32,000 nucleotides of DNA from an uncultured Acidobacteriota bacterium (lineage in GTDB: Bacteria; Acidobacteriota; Terriglobia; UBA7540). Shown piece by piece: positions 23,907 to 31,807 of this stretch. A program made the translations under genes and the position numbers. The DNA lies in assembly GCA_963804755.1 (NCBI GenBank), contig CAWDRP010000028.1:46397-78396 (forward strand), read 5' to 3'. A model generated the notes under the pieces. That model saw only the letters and a program-made list of their open reading frames with translations. It had not been told where the DNA came from and made no database searches. Position 1 is the stretch's first letter. Each line of letters begins with the position of its first letter.

Positions 23907-26900
23907 ATGAGCGATGCCCATCCCCTGGGGCGTCAGATCCGCGTTTTTATCTCTTCGACCTTCCGCGACATGCAGGCGGACCGCGATGTGCTGGTGAAGA
24001 AAACCTTTCCCCAGCTTCGCAAGCTGTGTGAGTCGCGAGCCGTGACTTGGACGGAGGTGGACCTGCGCTGGGGCATCACCACCGAGCAGCAGGCCGAGGG
24101 GAAAGTGCTGCCCTACTGCCTGGCCGAAATCGAGCGCACCCGGCCGTTCTTCATCGGCCTGCTGGGCGAGCGCTACGGCTGGGTGCCCGAGAGCATTCCG
24201 GCGGACCTTCTCGAACAACAGCCTTGGCTCCGCGAGCACCTCGAGCACTCGGTCACCGAGCTCGAAATCCTGCACGGCGTTCTGAACAACCCCGCCATGG
24301 CCGACCGGGCGCTGTTCTACTTCCGCGACCCGGCCTACGCGGCTGCGGCGCCGGGCGGGAAAAAGGACGACTTTGTCGAGACGGGACCGGACGCCGAGCG
24401 GATGCAGGGGAAGCTCAGGAGCCTCAAGAAGCGTATCCGCACGGCCGCCGAGCAGAAGAAGCTTAAGCACCCACCACGCGAAAACTACGCCGATCCCGAG
24501 TCCTTGGGTGCCTTGATTTTGGCGGACTTCACTCAGATCATCGACGAACTGTACCCGGCCGCAGAAGTCCCCGATCCCCTCGACCAGGAAGCCGCGCGGC
24601 ACGAGGCTTACGCGCGAAGCCGACGGTTCGGATTCGTTGGGCGCGGAGAGCTGCTGCGCCGCCTGAACGAACACTGCACCGCGCCTGGCCAGCCACTGGT
24701 TCTCACGGGTGAATCAGGCTGCGGGAAATCTGCTCTGCTGGCCGAATGGGTGCACGAGTGGCGCGAGACGCATTCGGACGATTTGATTCTCCAACACTAC
24801 ATTGGCAGCACGCCGGATAGTGCTGACTGGCCGCGGCTGGTGCGCCGTATCCTGGCCGAAATCAAACGTACCTACGCCATCACCGGCGATATTCCGGCCC
24901 AGCCCGAAGCCCTGCGGAACGCCCTCAGCGAGTGGATCATCAAAGCCTCCGGTTCGCATCGGATTGTGTTGGTGGTCGACGCGCTGGACCAACTGCCTGA
25001 CGGCGGAGCGGCCCGACAACTCGGCTGGCTGCCAACTGTCTTTCCCGCCAATTTCCGAGTGCTCATTTCCAGCCTTCCAGGTGAGGCGCTGGATGCCTTG
25101 CGCAAGCGAGGCGGGGCAGAATTGCACGTGCCGTTGTTTGGCAAGGCTGACATTGCTCCCGCAGTGGCCGCTTACTTCCAGCTATTTGGCAAAACGCCGC
25201 CGAAGGAAATGGTAACGAGGTTGGAATCCGTTCCGGCTGCGTGCAACGCTCTCTACCTGCGCACCGTGCTGAACGAATTACGCCAGTTCGGCGAATACGC
25301 CAAGCTGCAAGCTACCGCTAACGATTATCTATCCTCCCCCAGCCTGCCAGAACTCTTCGACCGCATCCTCGCGCGCTGGGAGACGGACTTTGGTGCTGAT
25401 TTGGTTCGCACAAGTTTGAGCCTGGTCTGGGCGGCGCGCCGCGGCCTCTCCGAAGCTGAAATCCTTGATTTGCTCGGTGAGCACTCAAGTCACGATTGGT
25501 TCACGGCTAATTCCAAGAGTTCAGTAACTGAGCTGCGTAAGCTACTCGATGAGCTTCATACACCTCGTGCGCCACTGCCGCGCGCAAGATGGACACCTTT
25601 CTTTCTGGCATCTGAGGCGGAAGTCACTAATCAGGCAGGCGTATTAACCTTCTCGCACTCGCACTTCCGCGACGCCGTGGAGAAAAGGTACCTGCCGGGT
25701 GCAAAAAGCAAACGGGCGGCCCATGAGCGTTTGGCACTGTATTTTGATTCGTTGCCACTTCCAGCCCGCATCGGTGTGGACGGTTCAATCCACATCGAAC
25801 CGGATGCCGTTGCATCGTCCCGTGCACTTGATGAAGAGCCGTGGCAACTTCAGGCTGCCTGCCGGTGGGAGGCTCTAGCCGATCACTTAAGTTTCATGCC
25901 GGTCTTTATAGCGGCATGGGGAACGGGTCGAGAGTTCGAATGGATGCAGTATTGGCAGAGCCTCCTCACGGCAGCAAAAGTAGGTGTTGCTTCACCTGTA
26001 GACATTCCGGCCCTTTATCTCACCGCTTTCCATAGGCTGGGTCCTGCTGACAGAGCTCTTACAGGTGGGATGGTGGGCCAATTTTTGTATGCGCTCGACT
26101 ACTTTGACGCCGCCCTGGAGTGCTTCGAAAAACAAGGCAAGGGAGACGCAGTGGTTGGTGACCCATTTCTTCGCGCCATCACCCTTAATGACAAAGGATT
26201 GGTCGAGCGAGACCGCGGCAACGACCAACAAGCACTGGCACTTTTTGAGGAAGCTGCAGCTTTAGTTGAAAATGGCGGGCCAAGAAAGGGAGAACTTCAA
26301 TCTCAGAGAAACGAGCACCGCCTCCTCGCGTCAATCTTAATGAACGAGGCAAACTCGCAAAAAGAGATCAATGGCACGGCCGGGTGTCGATCGCTGCTTG
26401 ATCGCGCCTTAGCGCTCATGAAGGAGACCACGGGAGAACGGTCGCCGGAAGTTGCCACAGTACTTCAAGAGACGGGAAATCTCGCGATGACAGAAGGGAA
26501 TCCCGAGAAGGCGCTGGACTTGCACCTCCAGGCACTCGCCATCCGGCGTGAGGGACTTGGTCTCGATCACCATGATGTTGCCTTGAGTTTCGGCAACGCC
26601 GCGAACGCATTGGGTGAAATGGGACATTATTACTATGCAACCTGCTTATGGGAGCGGTCGCTGAGGATACTGAAAAAGACGGTCGGCGATGGACATCACT
26701 TTTCCCGGGCGGTAGCCACCCCGCTCGCTCAATGCGCGGCTCGGGCAGACGCAGCAGCGAAGAGCAGTTCCGGGTTTGGTATAGTGTTGCTCGTTTTCAA
26801 TTCGCTGCCGCCGACCGAGAATCCTCCCGACCCGGGCACATCGGAAGGGGCGCAGCTCATGGCACGAGCTGTCAGTGACACTCTGATTGAGATTTGGGAC

Positions 26901-27701
26901 GATTGTCTAGCATACAGCTCGATTCCAGTCCTGATCGTCTCATTTCCGGGCTATGAAGATGCCGTAAGGCTTGCTACCGAGAAAGCAATTGCCAGGCGAT
27001 ATTCGCAAGGCTTCCTGAGCCGGCTGCGGATCCCTTCGGTCCGTGCCAACATCACGCTGCCGATTGGAGCGATGCGCCTGATGTCGGTAAAACGCAAGTT
27101 CCTAAATTGGCTGCAAGAGCACAAGGTCGACGTCCTCATGATCAAACCGGTCACGTCTTGCGGAGCCACGCTCGATCGCCATATCCTGGGCTATGTTCGA
27201 CGGAGTTTTAGCGAGGGCTCAAGCGGCCATTCCAAACTGCAGCCAAAAAGCTCCGACGAGTCCAGTATGGACCTTCGCCCGATAGCGATTGAAACTGTTC
27301 CTTTGGACCAATTCGCCGGGCCCATCTTGGCGCTTTACACAGGTGATAATGACCGTCGTCCGTGCATCTTGACGGCCTCGGAAGTAAGGCGGCAGAACTA
27401 CTGTCCTCAAGCAGCCGACTCACGGGCGACTGGAGTGATTTACGCAAACATGCCCGCCATCCGGCGGTGGTTGAGCACGCATTCAGGCAGCGGTTTGACC
27501 CCGCTTGAACGCTGGTCGATAGATCTATTCCACTCTATTGCCTCGAGACCCAGGGAGGAGCAGTATCACGTATTCGAATCGCTGCTCTCGGCCTTGATTT
27601 TGCTCATAAAGACGAAGCCCATCAGTTTTCCATCTGAACGGGGTATCAGGGGTTTTCAGGAGCAAAGCCTGAACCGGGAAATCGAACGGCTGCTGGCCTG
27701 A
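23907..27701 (+). CDS. NWD1-like STAND NTPase: DUF4062-type N-terminus + NACHT-like P-loop NTPase + TPR (TPR_12-like) repeats + ~310-aa unrecognised C-terminal module
   Basis: N-terminus IRVFISSTFRDMQADRDVLVKKTFPQLRKLCESRAVTWTEVDLRWGI...LLGERYGW. Walker A LVLTGESGCGKSALL (~24698-24740) and Walker B IVLVVDALDQL (~24961-24995). TPR_12-like units appear around 26050-26720 (e.g. ATVLQETGNLAMTEGNPEKALDLHLQALAIRRE). The C-terminal part matches nothing I recognise. Confidence 0.9.
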   Translation: MSDAHPLGRQIRVFISSTFRDMQADRDVLVKKTFPQLRKLCESRAVTWTEVDLRWGITTEQQAEGKVLPYCLAEIERTRPFFIGLLGERYGWVPESIPADLLEQQPWLREHLEHSVTELEILHGVLNNPAMADRALFYFRDPAYAAAAPGGKKDDFVETGPDAERMQGKLRSLKKRIRTAAEQKKLKHPPRENYADPESLGALILADFTQIIDELYPAAEVPDPLDQEAARHEAYARSRRFGFVGRGELLRRLNEHCTAPGQPLVLTGESGCGKSALLAEWVHEWRETHSDDLILQHYIGSTPDSADWPRLVRRILAEIKRTYAITGDIPAQPEALRNALSEWIIKASGSHRIVLVVDALDQLPDGGAARQLGWLPTVFPANFRVLISSLPGEALDALRKRGGAELHVPLFGKADIAPAVAAYFQLFGKTPPKEMVTRLESVPAACNALYLRTVLNELRQFGEYAKLQATANDYLSSPSLPELFDRILARWETDFGADLVRTSLSLVWAARRGLSEAEILDLLGEHSSHDWFTANSKSSVTELRKLLDELHTPRAPLPRARWTPFFLASEAEVTNQAGVLTFSHSHFRDAVEKRYLPGAKSKRAAHERLALYFDSLPLPARIGVDGSIHIEPDAVASSRALDEEPWQLQAACRWEALADHLSFMPVFIAAWGTGREFEWMQYWQSLLTAAKVGVASPVDIPALYLTAFHRLGPADRALTGGMVGQFLYALDYFDAALECFEKQGKGDAVVGDPFLRAITLNDKGLVERDRGNDQQALALFEEAAALVENGGPRKGELQSQRNEHRLLASILMNEANSQKEINGTAGCRSLLDRALALMKETTGERSPEVATVLQETGNLAMTEGNPEKALDLHLQALAIRREGLGLDHHDVALSFGNAANALGEMGHYYYATCLWERSLRILKKTVGDGHHFSRAVATPLAQCAARADAAAKSSSGFGIVLLVFNSLPPTENPPDPGTSEGAQLMARAVSDTLIEIWDDCLAYSSIPVLIVSFPGYEDAVRLATEKAIARRYSQGFLSRLRIPSVRANITLPIGAMRLMSVKRKFLNWLQEHKVDVLMIKPVTSCGATLDRHILGYVRRSFSEGSSGHSKLQPKSSDESSMDLRPIAIETVPLDQFAGPILALYTGDNDRRPCILTASEVRRQNYCPQAADSRATGVIYANMPAIRRWLSTHSGSGLTPLERWSIDLFHSIASRPREEQYHVFESLLSALILLIKTKPISFPSERGIRGFQEQSLNREIERLLA

Positions 27702-27731
27702 CATGCTCGGTAACGCCGCTCCAGGTGAGCT

Positions 27732-27965
27732 ATGGGTGGTATCCCTCTCGCTGGCCGGTTGACCAGCCTGAATAATCTTCCCGCCTTGCTCTGCAGCAAG
27801 GGCGACTACGCGGCGGCCGAGGCCCTATATCGTCGCGGCTTGGAGGTACGCGAGCGGGTGGTATCTCCGTCCCAGAATCCAACCCGGCGGCGATTTGCCC
27901 GCAGCCTTCGTCGCCGCTCTCAATGACCGCAGCAACCTGCCCGATCTGGAGCACCTCGAAACCTA
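27732..27965 (+). pseudogene. Decayed fragment of a TPR_12-type repeat coding sequence
   Basis: ...LTSLNNLPALLCSKGDYAAAEALYRRGLEVRERV matches the TSLNNLAxLLxxxGDYxxAExLYRRAL consensus. It then loses frame; the next frame reads ...AALNDRSNLPDLEHLET*. There is no credible start and it is bracketed by stops. Confidence 0.4.
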
Positions 27966-28435
27966 GCGAATGGCGACCGCTATGCCGCTCGATGCGCCTT
28001 GGCCGGAAGGATCTTGATGCGTCTGTGTGACAACTCTGAAACTCACCGGCGGAACCGGGTTTCCTACCGGCAGGAAAAAACGAGAAAAAAAGTGCAGCGA
28101 CGCGCTGCATGCGGGGCAATTTGTCGTCCGTGGCGATGTCTCTGGCCTTCCTCCTGCAAGCTTGGGGAGCAAGCGGCCGATGCGCCGGGCGAAATCACCC
28201 AGCCGCGCGCCTTGCCGAGGCTATGGAGCAAAGCTTACAGGTAAGTACGGGGAGCACGCAAAGCGAAACTGCCCGAACCCGAGGCGGCGCCGCTAACCCA
28301 GAATGCTACCGAAAACACAGCTTGTTAGTGATTTTTGTGAGATAGGTCAAAGTTATATGCTAAACAAAACAAGCCACTTGCCTGTTACACCGAGCTCTGA
28401 AGGGGAAACGCGCGAAATAAAAAAACGCAGGAATA

Positions 28436-28550
28436 TCCCAGAATGTTTATGAAAACAAAGGGCGTAAAACAAGGTGCTGGAGATGTCCCAGAATGTATAT
28501 GAAAATAAAGGGCGTAAAAAAGGTATCCCAGAATGTATATGAAAACAAAT
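28436..28550 (+). repeat. Three direct copies of TCCCAGAATGTWTATGAAAAYAAA in the AT-rich region upstream of the RelA/SpoT-fusion gene (possible operator/iteron sites)
   Basis: Copies start at 28436, 28486 and 28526 (spacing 50 and 40 bp). The first two extend as ...GGGCGTAAAA. A GC-richer degenerate copy, CCCAGAATGCTACCGAAAACACA, lies at 28297-28319. Confidence 0.8.
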
Positions 28551-28702
28551 CTAGTTAGGCAGCTGGCGCTACGCCCGAAATCAAGAATTCTTCCGGTTTT
28601 TTGAGGCTTCTGTACCTCGAAACGCAGCTTTTTGCATGCCAAACAGAGCTAGTTCGCAGTTTGCTACAGCCATTCATGTAGATGCGCATTCCGGGGGAAT
28701 CG

Positions 28703-31234
28703 ATGACTAATGATGAACGGCAGTGGCACCGCGACCGGTGCACAGAATACAAGGCGGAGTCTTCCATCTACCAGGCTTACGCCGGCTTTCTCGAAAAGGT
28801 CCTGAAGGTGGCTTGCCGCGACCTGGCGCCGATGGCGATCGTGCAGTCGCGCCCCAAGAGCTTCGCGAGCTTCGCCGAGAAGATGGCGCGCAAGGCGAAG
28901 AAGTACATGTCGAAGGGCATTGGCCCCACGGATCTCTGCGGCGCGCGCGTCATCACGGAGACGCAGGCGGAGGTAGACTCCATCTGCGCAGTGATTCGCG
29001 AGAACTTCGAGATCGACGTCGAGAACAGCCTGGATGTGCGGAGCAGGCTGAAGACGGAAGAGTTCGGTTATCTCTCCGTCCACTACGTCGTGCAGTTCAA
29101 GGGTGAGACGATGTTCGGCCTCTCCGTCCCGCCGGAAATCGGCAAGCGCAAGGCGGAGATCCAGGTGCGCACCCTGCTCCAACACGCCCACGCCAGTGTC
29201 AGTCATGACCGCATCTACAAGACCAGCCTGAAGGTGCAGGAACACTTGAAACGGGACCTGGCACGCGTCGCGGCGCTGCTGGAAGAAGGAGATGAGGCGT
29301 TTGGCAAGTCCGTACGCGAACTCGATGCCTACAAGCTCCACTACGGTGCCTATATGCACAGCAAGCGGTTAGCGGAGGAAACGGAGATTCTCGAGATAGT
29401 GCTGGAGAATGAAACCGACCCCTCGCAGCGGCCGCTGGTTGCTCTGCGTCTCGCCCAATTGGCCCGCGCCACCGGGAACTACGCGCGAATCGTGGAACTG
29501 CTGCAACCCTTCCTCGGCGCGGCGGGCAAGTGGGAAACCGAAGTCCTGGTCGAGCACGGGCATGCGCTTTGTCGCGTCCACGCCGACGAGCCGTCGAGTG
29601 ATGGATTCCTAAAGGGATGCACCGAAATTGAGCTTGCGCTCAAAGAAGCCGCCGGTAACCTGCAAACGCGTGCCTTGGGTTATCGCGCTTGGGCGCACGC
29701 GCAGATTCCCAACAACGAGACGAAGGCGCGCGACACTTACCGCGCTGCACTTGATGCGGACCCATCGAACCCCTTCCACCTGGCCTCGTTCCTGGAATAC
29801 GAGATCTTCCTGGGTGAGAAACTGGGCTTGCGCAATGCCCTGGCGCCGGGCTTCCAGCAGGCCATCGGCCGGTGCCGCGACTACATCGATGCGGGGATTG
29901 AAGTACCCTGGTCGTTTTTCACCATCGGGCGACTTGAGCTGCTTTTGGAATGCCCACTTGAAAGCCTGGCAGCGTACGCCAAGGCCATTCAGCTCTGCCT
30001 CGAAAAGGACAGCACGGTGCCCGCCTCGGCGCTGGAAGCGGAGATCACATTCGTGCACCGAATCAATCGCGGCCGGGAGATGCCGGAGTCGCATGCGGGC
30101 GTTCTGCAGTTGCTCCTGCTCGGCGAAGCCGTGTGGAAAGGCCAACCGCCGACGGGCTTGTCAGCCAAGCGAAAATCCTTCACCTCGCCGGTGGTCATCC
30201 TGGCGGGAGGCACGGCACAGGCCTTCCAGGCGAATATCGAGCGTTTCCGGCCAGTGGTGCTCGGGGCGTTCAAGGGCTTCAGGGGAACGCTCATCTCAGG
30301 AGGCACCAGCGCCGGTATTGCCGGGATGGCCGGCGAGATCGCGGTGGCGGAGAGGGCGGAAACAGGCGGACCGCTGGAAGTTCTCGGTTACATTCCGCGC
30401 AATCTTCCTTACGACCAGCCCGTCGACTTGCGGTATACCGACTGGGTGCCGTCGGAAGGGCTCAGCTATGGACCTGCGCACGCGCTCCAGTATTGGACCG
30501 ACCTGCTGTTAGCGGGCGTTAAACCACAGGACGTTCGCCTGCTGGGAATTGATGGCGGACCGATCTCGGCCTTCGAATACCGTCTGGCGCTGGCCCTTGG
30601 GGCTCCGGTGGGAGTGATGGAACCGCCGACGCGAGCGGCCGCGCAGGTTCTGGCCGATCCGGATTGGCGCGAATGCGGCGGCCTGATCGGCTTGCCTGAG
30701 GACGCTCGGAGTGTGCAGGTATTCCTGCAGCCTCCCAGTCCCGCCTTGACGAGCGAGCAGGTGGAAGCGGCCGCGCAGAAAATCCACGCCGCGTACCTCG
30801 AGGAGAAGCACTACGTGAATCCTGATCCCGCTATGCAACCGTGGGGGAAACTTGACGAACGCTTGCGGAACTCAAACCGCATGCAAGCGGCAGCCATTGC
30901 GGCTTTCCTGGAACGCGCGGGCTTCCACATTGAGCAGGCGGCAGCCGGGGACGAGGCGCTGGAATTTACAACTGACGACATCGAGTTGCTGGCTGAGATG
31001 GAACACGGTAGGTGGGTCGTCGAACGGCTGCAGCAAGGGTTTCGCTACAACGACGTGCGGGATATCACAAAGAAACTCCACCCTGATCTGGTGAGCTGGA
31101 GCAAGTTACCCGAAGGTGTTAGGGACTGGGACCGCTCCGCGGTGCGCAAATGGCCTGGGCTGTTGCGGGATGCAGGCCTCGCAATAAGGAGGACAGGCTG
31201 CCAGCCGCGGTCGTCGCGTCCAGTGCGGAGTTAG
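28703..31234 (+). CDS. Multidomain fusion: RelA/SpoT-type nucleotide pyrophosphokinase (small alarmone synthetase-like) + helical/TPR-like region + LOG/SLOG-like Rossmann domain + tandem RyR-like module
   Basis: Synthetase motifs: QSRPKSFASFAEKMARK, CGARVITETQAEVDSICAVI, GYLSVHYVVQF, AEIQVRTLLQHAHASVSHDRIYK. SLOG/LOG-like: VVILAGGTAQ..., LISGGTSAGIAGMAGEIA, VLGYIP, LLGIDGGPISAFEYRLALALGAPVGVM. Ryr-like: AAQKIHAAYLEEKH...LDERLRNSNRMQAAAIAAFLERAGFHI and EMEHGRWVVERLQQGFRY...LHPDLVSWSKLPEGVRDWDRSAVRKWPGLLRDAGLAI. The ATG at 28703 is preceded by GGGGGAATCG; an alternative ATG lies at 28682. Confidence 0.85.
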   Translation: MTNDERQWHRDRCTEYKAESSIYQAYAGFLEKVLKVACRDLAPMAIVQSRPKSFASFAEKMARKAKKYMSKGIGPTDLCGARVITETQAEVDSICAVIRENFEIDVENSLDVRSRLKTEEFGYLSVHYVVQFKGETMFGLSVPPEIGKRKAEIQVRTLLQHAHASVSHDRIYKTSLKVQEHLKRDLARVAALLEEGDEAFGKSVRELDAYKLHYGAYMHSKRLAEETEILEIVLENETDPSQRPLVALRLAQLARATGNYARIVELLQPFLGAAGKWETEVLVEHGHALCRVHADEPSSDGFLKGCTEIELALKEAAGNLQTRALGYRAWAHAQIPNNETKARDTYRAALDADPSNPFHLASFLEYEIFLGEKLGLRNALAPGFQQAIGRCRDYIDAGIEVPWSFFTIGRLELLLECPLESLAAYAKAIQLCLEKDSTVPASALEAEITFVHRINRGREMPESHAGVLQLLLLGEAVWKGQPPTGLSAKRKSFTSPVVILAGGTAQAFQANIERFRPVVLGAFKGFRGTLISGGTSAGIAGMAGEIAVAERAETGGPLEVLGYIPRNLPYDQPVDLRYTDWVPSEGLSYGPAHALQYWTDLLLAGVKPQDVRLLGIDGGPISAFEYRLALALGAPVGVMEPPTRAAAQVLADPDWRECGGLIGLPEDARSVQVFLQPPSPALTSEQVEAAAQKIHAAYLEEKHYVNPDPAMQPWGKLDERLRNSNRMQAAAIAAFLERAGFHIEQAAAGDEALEFTTDDIELLAEMEHGRWVVERLQQGFRYNDVRDITKKLHPDLVSWSKLPEGVRDWDRSAVRKWPGLLRDAGLAIRRTGCQPRSSRPVRS

Positions 31235-31677
31235 GGTACTTTCGGGAACAAGATGAGCTTTCGGCAAAGGTACGTACGTCAACCTTACCATTGAGGTTCG
31301 GGGATTCGGGTGCGTAACGCTGCCGATGGTGCGTTTGGTAGTTAATACGTGGCTGTCCGTGTTCTGCCCGACTATGCCAAAGCCCACTTCAACCCGTGAC
31401 ACAAAGCCACCGAGAGAGAAAGTCGCTGAGAGTTCTACAAGTCTCCAAAGCTGGAGACCGGTCGCAACAGATAACGCGTCTGCTCGGAACTGAAGAAGTC
31501 CTTGACAAACGCCGATAAGGAGTCCAAGAATCAGTGTGAAAGGGCCAAACGAGTGGTAGGACGAACCACCAGCGGCAGCTAAAATGACCGAAAAGCTGCG
31601 TTGAAACGGTGCGAGCTCGTTTTGACCAACGGCTTCAGATTCAAGGACTTAAGCAGCTATCCAGTAGTAACCTGCGA

Positions 31678-31752
<75 letters not shown>

Positions 31753-31807
31753 TCTTTTGAAGGACTTACAAAACCCGTCTTCATTCTGAACACCGTTTGA
31801 ACACCAT

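Noticed and set aside
27963-28345. Several 60-90-aa ORFs on both strands between the STAND-TPR gene and the AT-rich repeat region
   Set aside because: They are highly basic, low-complexity translations that overlap one another in different frames, with no starts supported by an RBS. The region looks like decayed, non-coding sequence.
31106-31502. 98-aa minus-strand ORF overlapping the end of the RelA/SpoT-fusion gene, and a 58-codon plus-strand ORF from 31326
   Set aside because: They have no RBS, no recognisable motifs and odd composition. One overlaps a well-supported gene. The region is left as unassigned intergenic sequence upstream of the tRNA.
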